NCBI GenBank assembly: GCA_951406725.2
Contig: OX597832.1
Location: 11,966,001-12,030,000 of the forward strand
DNA from: Octopus vulgaris
Lineage: Eukaryota
Direction of reading: 5' to 3'
Length of the DNA stretch: 64,000 nt
Shown: piece by piece, positions 52,219 through 64,000 of the stretch
Layout: each line of letters starts with the position of its first letter
Position numbering within the stretch: the first letter of the stretch is position 1
Made by a program: the position numbers and the translations under genes
Notes under the pieces: generated by a model
Database searches by the model: none
Seen by the model: only the letters and a program-made list of their open reading frames with translations
Told to the model about the DNA's origin: nothing

Positions 52219-53881
52219 TTGTCTATCTATCAGTCTATCTGCCTGTCTGCCTGTCTGCTTGTCTCTGCCTGTCTGCCTGTCTCTGTCTGTCTGCCTGTCT
52301 CTGTCTGTCTCTGTCTGTCTGTCTGTCTGTCTGTCCATCAGTTTACCTGACTTTCGTCTGCTTGCCTGCCTGTCTGTCTATAAATCTGTCTCAATAAATG
52401 TATTCAACCATATATAAATTAATCCATCCATCTATGAATCTATCTATCCATGTATGAATGTATGTATCTATCTATCTATCTATTTTACTTTTCCTTTTTC
52501 AGTTGGTTGGTCTGATCTATGTACATAAATAGAACGTAAGTGACTTAGACAAAAATCAGATTTGTACATGTTTTATACCATTGGAGAATAATAAACAATT
52601 TTACAGTCTATAGTCTGCAAAACGACATATACTGCAACCAAAAACTGAAAAATACTTCATAAAGAAACATTCAGGATGTTAATTGCACCCTTTTAATATC
52701 TCATCGAATAATGCACCCTATTACTATCTTATCAGAACCTATTACTTTTTGATCAAATTGCTTCCGATATTCAAATGCGAGAAATGAGCAGATGTATTGC
52801 GTATCATGTAACGCATATATTTTAAAATCTAATACGTCACCTCCAGAAATAGAGAAACATATCTTGCAGTCTATTTGAACACGTGATTTTGCGTCGTATA
52901 GTTTATTGTCGCATGTTTTCAACTGTTTTTGCTGATATATACTAAAATCCGATTCTTGTTTTCTGAAATTCGAAAATTCGTTTAATGTTGTAAGATATGT
53001 TTTCAAATGAAACCAAGTGTCGTTTCGTGAGAAATATAATCATATCCAAAATTCAAAATATCTAAAAAAAAAAAAAAAAATATACGTATATAGAAATAAT
53101 TACACATACTTCACTATTCATAGATATTTCCACTCTATACACAAATCAATTCTTTGAAAGTGTAGAAGTTGTATAAAATTTAACAAGTTAAATATATTAT
53201 CGGAGCTTGATTGTAACTGGTTGTTCAAGCAGTCGGTTATCACAAAAGATCGTTTTATCTACTGGAAAATGTCCTTTACAAATAATATAATATTAAAAGA
53301 TTCAATGGCCGTCTAACAATAACACATAATTATATGTTGAGTAGTGAAACATAATAACTGAGAATGTTTGAATGGAATTCCTTCAATGTACAAATGACTT
53401 TCCTTTATTATGTACTAGATGATTAAGAAATAGTATTCTTAACTTTCTCCGAATTCAATAATAAGTGTTCGCAGTTTGTCTATGAGGTTTGGAGTCTATA
53501 TAGGCAGTATTAAAAACATTCATTTTTTTCTCTTGTGTATCTCATTACTCTCTCTAAATTTGTTTGATTTCCGAGTGTTTGGTACATTGTTACTTATATT
53601 CTTGTTTAACAATAGATCATATTTAAGATTGAAGATTTATTTAATATTCTCGGTCACCTACTATATCACAGAAAGACGTTCTGTAATAAATAAGACATTC
53701 GTCTGAATTTTCAGCTCTTTATACTCTATTACTGTTTCCGAATATAGTATTGTCTACTTAATTTTTCGGATTTCATTTTAAAACGGCATACGCATGCGTA
53801 TATGTGGAACTGTTAATCCCAACAAATTATTTTCTCTCTCCGGTTTTTTCTCTCACCTCCCATGTTTTGTTCATCCCATTC

Positions 53882-53916
53882 CTTTCTGTCAAAGAGCGTG
53901 GGCTCGAAACGTCAAA
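53882..53916 (+). ncRNA. Hammerhead-like motif, second copy of the 50218-50253 family
   Basis: cttt-CTGTCAA-a-gagc-gtgg-gctc-GAAA-cg-TC-aaa. Downstream ~60 bp is also similar to the reverse complement of 50160-50217. Confidence 0.45.
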
Positions 53917-54899
53917 CACTTTTCCATTTTCTCCGAGCGTCAAACTTCTACACCTGCTTGTTTTTCCCCACATCTGTTTCAGTCTTTTGTTTTCCATAAA
54001 TTTTGAACTATAAATATAATACACATATTTAAGTATTTATGAATTACTGAGTTTATAAATATTTATGTTTTATGTTTGATGTACGATAGTGTATATCCAT
54101 TAGTGATGCATCTATAAATCACTAACAGGCACTAACTTCCCCCTGAGATATCTAAATAATGCGTTTCTCAGTAACGGGAAACATTAATGAGACAAGAGAT
54201 AAATAACAAGGCTGACATTGTTAACTGAAAACTGCCGTCAATTTTACGGCAAGAGCGGACTTACAGAATTTCCTGGACCCATACGACGAATACAATTTAC
54301 CATAGGACGACTGTGACATGTCCAGATTAATGTACTGAGAGCAAACACAAGCGCGCGCACACACACACCCACACATTTCTATGGTGGAAGCCAATCTATA
54401 ATATATACACTTCTGTTTCTGTAATATCCACTTGCACTTCTATCAGAAATCAACATGGATACTGGTCTTATACTGAAACACATAACATAAGGTATATATT
54501 TGTATCAATGTTTGTAAGGAGCATCTCGATGAGAGAGAAAAAGAAAACGGGTAACTTCATAGGGATAGTTATGTTGTTAAAATTGCATCCTAATTTCTTT
54601 CCAGAATGAAATAGTGAGATTAATTGGTATAAGAGGAATCACAAAGAGATGAAATGGAAAATCAAATTCTCTTTGATTTCAAATTCGAATCCATTTATAT
54701 GAATAATTCATAGCAGCCATCTACTGAATCAAAAAGTGTTTTGATTCTCCAGCTCCAACTCTACTCCTTTCAGTACCCAATTTCTAAGTTATTAAGTGCA
54801 CAGCCTTAAACTTATAATGAAAAGATCAAGCTGGTATACAACCGAAAATAAAATACAAAATACCCCGATTCAGGACGCACAGAATCGAATTTCAATTAT

Positions 54900-55066
54900 T
54901 TTTTCTACATAAACCACAAGTCCTGAAATTTTGGGAAACGCGGCTATTTGATTACATCGCCTCCAGTGTTTAGCCGCTACTTATTTCGTCTACTCCGAAA
55001 AGATGAAAGACACAGTTAGTCTTCCATCTTTTCGGGGAACGTAAAGATGGATGAAGTACCGCTAAG
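54900..55066 (-). mobile_element. SINE-A, diverged
   Basis: gattacatcgcctccagtg...tactccgaaaagatgaaagac...accgctaag. Confidence 0.55.
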
Positions 55067-55251
55067 AAACGGAACTTTATAATACAACATATTTTGTCAG
55101 GTGTCCTGTTACTACGGCGTATATTGCGACACTAAAAAGTTAGCTATAAGTTGTGGAGACAGAATTTCTGTGATCATGTGACACTAGAGCTGCGGGACGA
55201 CTAATGACTATACATGTGTGCGCGCGTATGTGTGTGTTGTGTGTATATATG

Positions 55252-55302
<51 letters not shown>

Positions 55303-55345
55303 GTATGTACATATATACGTACACATGTATGTATGTATGTATATA

Positions 55346-55390
<45 letters not shown>

Positions 55391-55434
55391 GTATGTACAT
55401 ATATACGTACACATGTATGTATGTATGTATGTAT

Positions 55435-55493
<59 letters not shown>

Positions 55494-55968
55494 CCGAAAA
55501 TCACACACACACACACAAGCACAAAAGCACATTTACATCTACATATATACTTACATATATTCAATACCGACATAAGAAAAAAACAGACAACAGCAAAATA
55601 GAAAAAAAGAAAGAAGTATAATATTGCTTCGTATCTAAAAATATGAACGCCGAGTTGGGTTGTTTCAGATAAATTCATGGACCTGCACATCAGTTGTCGT
55701 TGCAATCTTCAGTAAACATACTAAATGTATTTCTAAATTTCTGCAAGATATTGTATCTGTAATTCAATATGATGACTGCAAGATTATATGATGAGCACAA
55801 TAATTATTATCTTGTTTCTTTTTTCTTACATACATATATATATTTTTTTTAATATATATTCGCTCAGCTATTTATCCGCATATTAACACTATCTTATTAC
55901 TGATAATATCGTTCATGCTTCGCTTGTATCATTTATCCGGAGATATTATACAGACATATATATATATA

Positions 55969-56321
55969 CTAGCAGTATCGCCCGGCGTTGCTCGGGTTTG
56001 TAAGGGAAATAACTATAAAGCATTTTTAGAGAGTTATAGCCAAAAAATGGGAAAAAAATGATGGTAAATTTTTTTTTTAGTTAAAAAGGTCGAGTTGCGT
56101 CTGTGGTTTGTGTTTGTGATTCTCGACCCCATGTCGAATTTATCAATTTTTTTCAGAACTGGGGGAACTTTTCAAAATTTTCGCTGCGTTAGTTTTGAAT
56201 TATGACATTGGGCTATGTGTGTGTCAAGTTTCATCAGAATCGGTTGAAAGCCGTGGTCAGTGTGAGAGTACAACCTAACAGACACACAGAAACACATACA
56301 GACAAACTGCCGTTTATATAT

Positions 56322-56324
<3 letters not shown>
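55969..56324 (-). mobile_element. Non-autonomous Helitron
   Basis: Minus strand begins A|TCtatatataaa and ends CTAG|T, with GC hairpin cccgagcaacgccggg 8 nt upstream of CTAG; no TSD; internal (TG/TCTG) microsatellite. Confidence 0.8.
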
Positions 56325-56374
<50 letters not shown>

Positions 56375-56376
<2 letters not shown>

Positions 56377-57512
56377 TGGGTTGGACAAAATAATGGAAAC
56401 ACCAAGCAAAATATCATCATAATATAAAACCACGAAAAGCTTGTATATTTTCATGTCTTTTGATTTATTATTGGTGTTGCTTAATATGTTTTGCTAAAAT
56501 TTGTGTTTTTCTGCAGATATCATCTGAAAAAAAGGTAATTAAAATTCATTAAAATTACAGATCTATCGGTCTTTGAAAGATGTAAAATCGTTGGTGCTCT
56601 TATGGCAGGTGCTAGCATAAAGAAAACAGCCGAAATGTTTGGTGTATTAAGAAGGACTGTCTGGAAGGTAATGACAGCCTTTGAGAAAGAGGGAAAAAAT
56701 TCATCGTCAAAACAAAGCTCCGGAAAAGAAGAAAACCAAAGCGTTCGGATAGAGATCGTCGCATTCTTACCTCCCAAAATTACTGCAGAGTTTAATGACC
56801 ACCTCGAGAACCCAGTTTCCACAATACTTTTTTGCCGAGAACTGCACAAAGCCGGATTTCATAAGAGAGCTGCATCAGAAAACCACTACTTTCAAAAACA
56901 AATGTTGCAATGCGTTTAGACTGGAGTAAAACCTAAAGAATTGGACTCTGGAACGCTGGAAGAATGTTATATTCTCGGACGGGTCATTCTTTACCTTATT
57001 TCTGACCACTAGCCGAGTATGCATGTGGAGATATCCAAAAGAATCATTTGACCCAGATGCCCTTTTCCAAATGTTAAACATGGAGGAGGATCTGTGATGG
57101 GCGGTTATATCTTAGAAATTCACCGGCCCAATGGTTTCCGTTTATGGCAGAATTAATAGTCAAGACTATTTAAGCATTTTATCTGAGCAAATTCAGATTC
57201 TGAGCAAATTCAGGTTGTGGAACTGTTTCCAGTGGGAATCGCAATCTTTCAGGATGATAATGCACCAATTCACACAGCTAAAGTTGTTACTGAATGGCAT
57301 GAAGAACATTCTGGTGAAGTTGAACATCTTATCTAGCTACTACAATCCACAGATCTCAATATTATTGAACGTTTATGGTGTATTTTAGAAAAACAAGTAA
57401 GGAGTCAATATCCTCCATACGTCGTAGAATTCAAGCTGCAATCCCTGCCAAATGCTGTTCTACCCCGTATTACAATGAATTTTGTTTGAAATTTTAAGAT
57501 GTTTCTATTGAT
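56375..57512 (+). mobile_element. Decayed Tc1-like transposon, frameshifted transposase, DD36E spacing
   Basis: TIR-like catgggttggacaaaataatggaaacacc; DLSVFERCKIVGALMAGASIKKTAEMFGV (HTH); WKNVIFSD; VKHGGGSVM; FQDDNAPIH...STDLNIIERLW; RRIQAAIPAK..STPY; partial right TIR gatgtttctatt. Confidence 0.92.
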
Positions 57513-57934
57513 ATATAGTGCCAAGGACCCAGCATCATATAAAAATACAGGACCAGCTAGTGCAACAACTTTGATTTCAAGGGCCTACACGTCGTCAATA
57601 TCCTTTCAAATTCCTGAGAGATCTGCATGGTATGGATGTGGGTGTCTTCAATACGAGGTTGTATCTCTTCCTTTCAGGGTTTCCAGATGAGCTTACCGCA
57701 CGGCGGAAGCAAAAATGAGGGCAGCTGCGCCAGGCTCCCTCATTCACTAAATGCCACATACCAGAAGAGATCCCAAATAACGGTGTAGCCCAGCCAATGT
57801 TGCTACCTCAGCATGGCTGCAGCTCTAAAGCTGAAACACTTTCGAGAAATGCAAGAAATGTACATGTATGTATGTATATACATATATATATATACATATA
57901 CATTTATATATATACATATGCATGTGTGTGTATG

Positions 57935-57980
<46 letters not shown>

Positions 57981-58009
57981 TATATATATATATATATATT
58001 ATATGTTCA

Positions 58010-58179
58010 CCTTGTTTCAGCCATTTGACTGGAACAAATCAGAACATATTTCTGAAGCCTAGTACTTATTTTGTCAATTTTTGGCCTGACCGCTAGATAA
58101 AGGGGACGTAAATACATGAGCTCCGGTTCTCAATCGACGGTGGTTTTGGGGACAAACACTCACAGAAAGACACACGCGC

Positions 58180-58217
<38 letters not shown>

Positions 58218-58340
58218 TATATAATCGCAAGGCATTTGTGTTCCCGAGGCTATAGTAAATGACACCTACCCAAGGTGTCACGCAGTGGGGTTGATCCCGC
58301 AACCGTGTGGAAGAGAAACAAGATTCTTACCACTACCACA
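58010..58340 (-). mobile_element. SINE-B, diverged
   Basis: cttgtttcagccatttgact...cccaaggtgtcacgcagtggg...cttaccac. Confidence 0.7.
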
Positions 58341-59459
58341 TCTTTAATAACCATACACACACAGGCACACACAAGTATATTTATGTGTATGTGTATATAC
58401 AAAACAGAAAGACACACATGTTGAGAGGGAGAGAATATTACGGGGTAGATATAGTAATATGCAATGGCAATATAACTTTCTATGAACTAAGAATTAAAAT
58501 GTCATTTACAACTAATCGCAGAAATATCATCAATATTAGAAAACTAATTTGATTTATATATTTATATGCATATGAATACACGGGGTGCATGCTTTAGGAA
58601 TTTCAACAATAATAGTATTTTTCTTCGTTGTCACTCTTAATTTTCTTTTTCATCGTTTGTGTGGTTCTCGAAATTGCTTCATTATAACGGTGAAGGGGGG
58701 GAGAGAAAAGGAAAAACATAAAACAAAGAAAAAAATGATATACGATTTATATCTTAACTATATTGTTTCGTTGACAGACAGAAAATTCGTAGGTAATCTA
58801 ACTCAAATTTATATCTGATATACTGTAATATTTGAGATATGAATTCTAGCGATTAAGGATGTCATCGGTAGCAAGTAACTGGAAACTAGAATTTTTGATA
58901 AAAAACGATCGAACTGATATTTCTTCGATCCCTTAATATTTTTTTCGTCGTATTTGCCAATATTGTTTAGTGCGTCATTAATATTTATTTCATTTTTGCC
59001 TTGATTCGAATTATTTTTTAACTAAACATATTTATGTCTTAGTAAATAGATATAACTATATGTAAAGCTATATATTTATCTATTTCCATACACATATAAT
59101 AATATACATGCATATATGTATGTATTCATACACACATATGTGTTGGTATGTCTATATACAATTTTTCATTTTTTTGCGAAAGATAGAAATGAAGAAATAT
59201 GCTATGATAAATCTCTTCTTCTGTATAATTTTCACAACGTATCTCACTTGTTACATATTGAGATAAAGATACGTATATTTATTTTTCTGCTAACTTTGAA
59301 AAACCGTCTGTCTACCCATTTGTCAAGAAACGTGTCTGTTTGTCTGTCTGTCAGTCAGTTTGTGTGTCTGTCAGCCAGTCAGTTGGTCTGTCTGTCTGCA
59401 ATTCTATCTTTGTGCCTGTCTTTGCTATATTTCTGTTTGTTTGGGTATCTATCTACCTG

Positions 59460-59506
<47 letters not shown>

Positions 59507-59507
59507 G

Positions 59508-59565
<58 letters not shown>

Positions 59566-59643
59566 CATCGATCTATCTTTTCTTTCCTTTATATTATTTT
59601 CTAACTAAAACATATGTTAATAAGTAAAAGAGAACCACTAAAA

Positions 59644-59682
<39 letters not shown>

Positions 59683-61289
59683 AAACGTATATCTATGTAT
59701 CTGCATATATATATGTATACATATAAGGGCATATATTTATGCATCTGTATGCGTACATAAAATTGTGTGTATATATGTGTATTTTCAAATCGACATCCAT
59801 GTATGTGTGATTTACTATATGGGCATATGTGTGTGTATATTGATGTTTCACTTACATTTTGCTTTTTCTGTCCATATCATATCTCCCAAGTATCTTATGT
59901 TTTTATGACGCATTCCTATGTCATTACATTATATTTTTATGATTTTATCAGTTTTGTTCTTTGCTTCGGTCACTTACTTTATAGTTGTTTAAGTTCATAC
60001 ACTTAACATACACAGAGGAAAATACACAAGCGTACGCACACAAACATACTCCTGTATTGGTTCGCAAATACATACGTTCTCACAAAACATGTATTCTACT
60101 CTTTTCTTTCGTATTCATTTCTTTGTAAACAAATCGTGGATTTATTCACGTATTAAAGAGGCTTACTTATTCGTTTTCTTCTCCAGATCGCTAAACGTCC
60201 ATTTCTAAGATTGTCCTCTCCATACTTTGAAGTAATGTGACAGATGGTTGCTTATTTGAGTGATATGCCGTTTATAGGATTGACATGTTGGCATGCGTGA
60301 TTCACAGGAATTTGATGTTCTACGAAAACATAATATAAGGAATGTAATATAAAACCATATCGATTAATAAAACAACAACACTCATATCAACAATAAACAA
60401 TTTCAAATCAAATAACGATTTCAAATACATCAGAAGGTAATATTGGAACCAATAAACTAAACAAAATATATGCAACAAAATAGGAAGGAGTTGAACTGCT
60501 TTGAATTTTAAATGTTTTAAAGAAAAAAATAAAAACAAATATATAATGAGATGTCGTGTTTAATTACAAACATCATTATTCTGCAGATTTTATGAAGATT
60601 AATTGAGACTATAGTGCCTATTTTATAGTAGCAAGATAATATCGACGGAATACACGAGCATTTCTTTGTAAGTTCCATGCCTTTGATATCTCTCATTTTA
60701 TCAGAGCTCTCATCTATCTAAAGAATAAATATGCAAGACGGTAAAGTTAATTATGTTTTAGAAGTATACAAACTTCAGAGATCCGTTACAGCTAACATTA
60801 AGATATAAAATGAAAAAAGAAAAAAAAAAAATTATCATCATTAAAAGTTTTATGTGAATTTATATGAATCCTATGCGACTTCTAAAAGGTGGCTTTTTTT
60901 TTTGTTTGTTTTCTCTCACAGAGGAGTATAGCTGAAAAATGATGATTTATTACAGGTTAAACGCATAGATTGTTCTGTAATCGAGATAAAGTAATTTATC
61001 AAATGAACGTCGCTTTCCCGGTATAGATCTCATACCTAATGATGTAGAAATTCTATAGTATGTTTCCAAATTGTAGTTAATTCCTCTCTAATTATATAGC
61101 AAAATAATTTTCTGATAGTATTTATGCATTTAACTGAGGTTACCGAGATGAACTCTTTTTAATTTTATTGTACAAAACTGATTTTATACATGTGGATATG
61201 TTACACATTCATATGGTCGTGATGTCGCTTTTAGTTTAAATATAAGTGACTTGTTTAAACATGTATAGATATAATGGAAAACAGATCAA

Positions 61290-62122
61290 AGGGAATTTCA
61301 GAAGTTTTGAGATATTTTCGGGACAAGCATTTGTTAATTTCGAAGAAATGCAACATGGTTGTATTCCTTTAAAGAGGATCCTATGACTTCAATATATTTG
61401 TAGTGTTGTAGCCATTTTCTGAAAGCATCATAGAAGTAATTTCAAGTGAAGGTATCCAAGAGCCAGGTAATAGCCTCCTTCATTTTCTACTTCAACCAGA
61501 GAGACAGATCTGGAAGTTAGAAAGGGTAAGAAATGGTTTTGATGCTCACCCATGTCGAGCACTTGGTAACTAGGCATGAACAGTGGACTGGTGCATTTTC
61601 CTGGTTCATGTGCACTGGCCTCTTGCAACGAAACCACTTCCTGAACTGCCATAAAACCCACCACAAAGTATTCTCTGTTAAGCGTCTGACAAGAAGGAAC
61701 CCAGTGGATATAGAAGATAGCCATGCTCTCGAAAATAGGGATCATGGGCTTCTCGGTAGACTTAATTTGCCTGACATCTTGACTCAGAACAAAGAAACAA
61801 ATATGATACTCAGCTCATACAAGTTAATCCATAAGCAATTTGGACCATTTCATAATTTTCTTTCGTTAGTTTGGTCAGTTTTACACCAAACTTTGTTGCA
61901 TGGTGTGTTTCCATATTGTCGTCACGCCCCAACTTCGTTCTCCAAAATAATGAGGTGTGACAACCAGAGTTTAGTAAAGTGTATTCACATGGAATGAAAA
62001 TGTTGGCAGGTCAGTTTAGCAGACGTTTGGTAATGATATACTAAAATTACAACAATTCAGCGTAATTATCATTTCCTGTCCTAAACAAAAAAAGTCTGAA
62101 AACATCTGGAATGCATCCCGTA
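61290..62122 (-). mobile_element. Internally deleted mariner-like transposon
   Basis: Minus: TA-cgggatgcattccagatgttttcagactttttt end; NQENAPVHCSCLVTK...IKTISYPF*LPDLS (= HQDNAPxH...YSPDL); EAITWLLDTFT...YDAFRKWLQHYKYIEV. Confidence 0.72.
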
Positions 62123-62133
62123 TATTGTATATA

Positions 62134-62436
62134 TACACTGATGGGGGAGATAACCGCCCCATGAGCGTTTCTAGAATCATTAGACTAGTTTCATTCATTA
62201 GTCCCAGGCATCAATCTGTAGTCAGTGAGGGTGCCGATGCACCTATTTGGCTAGAAATACGAGTTAAAAGTTCTCAATGCTGCAAAATTCGCGAAAGATG
62301 TAACTGACAAGATGTAACCGCTACATGAGCATCTCTAGGAACACTAGACTAGACTAATTTCGCCTATCAGTCGTAGGCTCGTAGGTAGTAATTATTGAAA
62401 CGCCAGAGAGTTTGGTTAAGTGCGGCTGTCAGTGTA
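62134..62436. mobile_element. MITE with TA|CACTGA...TCAGTG|TA ends and an internal direct repeat
   Basis: taaccgccccatgagcgtttctagaatcattagactag (62151) recurs as taaccgctacatgagcatctctaggaacactagactag (62314). Confidence 0.55.
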
Positions 62437-62723
62437 TATATATTTGAACCACAATAAATTATTGCTGAATACAGTATAACAGAAAAATACAAAAGAAACG
62501 AAGGGCAGAGTATTTTATTTCACGCTGCTCCAGTTCATTCAGGTGTAGAAATGAATTGCGACTTCACTGGCAGCAGAGCTGTATCGGCCCTTGCCTTTCC
62601 CATGGATAACATCGGTGGCACGAGATTGGTGTGGACGGGTGACTGGTCTTCAGGACTTTTGCCTCTGAGGGAATTTCTACGCCTAATTTCATGATACTTC
62701 GTAACCGAATGGATCACTTTCTC

Positions 62724-62770
<47 letters not shown>

Positions 62771-63448
62771 TAGATAGATAGATAGATGGATGGATACATG
62801 CATTGATACCCAGATGCACACATACGTGCTTAGATATTTACAAGCGCTCATAAATATATTCGACTGAATTTGTGTAGTAGTTTGGGTAAGTATGCTGGCT
62901 TCGACATGTGACTTAGGAGACAATTAGAAATATTTCATTTCAGAAAATATATTCAAAACCTCCATTTTCATATTGTCACACCTTACCTTTAAGCTTTGTA
63001 ATTTGTGCACTTTTATCCCAATAATTGCTGTTCATAATTGTTTCGCTGTGTTTTGTAGTTTCAACACCTTCATTGGTTAGAAGATGATTTCAGTATTACA
63101 GACACCTATATTTATTGTAATATTTGTTTACAGTTAATCAGATAATAATGCTGGAAGATAGTTTTCATATGAGATTATTTAGCTTAAGATAAATTCTAAA
63201 ATAAATTCCAATTAAGACCTTTATCAAATGACAAAATCATCAAAAAATATTGCCCAAAAGTATATTGTTCAGTACAAATTTATATCAATATGTACAAGTA
63301 ATACTATTTTTTTCTTGCATAAATGCACTCAGACATATGTATAAAAAAGGCTACACACATCCGCACGGGCTCGCACGCATGCACGTATAAACACATACAC
63401 GCACACACAATACATATATATGTATGTATATATATATATATATATATA

Positions 63449-63566
63449 TATACATAGAATTATAAATTCATATATATGAATATGGATAAATATATATACA
63501 TAGAATTATACATTCATATATATATAAATATGGATAAATATATATACATAGATTTATACATTCATG
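63449..63566 (+). repeat. ~46-bp minisatellite, ~2.5 copies
   Basis: tacatagaattata.attcatatatat..atatggataaatatata repeated. Confidence 0.8.
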
Positions 63567-64000
63567 TATATAGATATATAAATAGACACACTCACTCAGA
63601 GGCACAACTTTTATTTATATGTAAATTCTCTCTCTCACACACAAACATATACCTATATATACCTGCATGTACATCGTATTATACATTCATATATATAGAT
63701 ATATAGGTAGATGCACAAACATACAGACACTCACATATATATAAATATTATACAAGGAGAATATACATTTTTGGGCACTATTTTTCTGATTTTATCATTT
63801 GATTACAGTATTAATTTGAAACTATTTTAAAAGTACGTTAAGCTGTATAATCGCATAGGAGAATTAGCTTCCAGCGTTATCTGTCTGCATAGAAGCAAAT
63901 ATAACAACTAAATGTATGTGTCTGTAATTATTTCAGTAACTATTTTATTATCGGGAAAAAGTTGAGAAGTTTTTAAATAAAAACTTAGAAAATAGTGATA

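Larger units (their letters stand above)
50414..54334 (-). other. Three candidate small exons of an unidentified host gene (54265-54334, 50638-50650, 50414-50469)
   Basis: Each has a pyrimidine-YAG acceptor and a GTRAGT donor; phases are compatible. No homology recognised. Confidence 0.25.

Overview
AT-rich, microsatellite-dense metazoan non-coding DNA. The SINE families resemble those I recall from octopod cephalopods, but this is unverified. Almost every ORF in the supplied track is a simple-repeat artefact. The one convincing protein-coding stretch is the 3' third of a Penelope-like retroelement (PLE) ORF (RT thumb/linker plus GIY-YIG endonuclease, 5692-6567). It sits between near-identical ~1.08-kb inverted repeats (4619-5694 / 6561-7640), each carrying a minimal hammerhead ribozyme (HHR), and the whole unit lies in a (TA)n tract. 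Five more HHR-like motifs occur elsewhere, mostly as solo 'HHR + tail + (TA)n' units. The rest is three or four tRNA-derived SINE families (with tandem arrays and a recurrent SINE-into-SINE junction), decayed Tc1 (DD36E spacing) and mariner transposons, a non-autonomous Helitron, MITEs, RLE-LINE relics and several fold-back palindromes anchored on (TA)n. No host gene is demonstrable; three small minus-strand exon candidates (50.4-54.3 kb) are flagged as weak.
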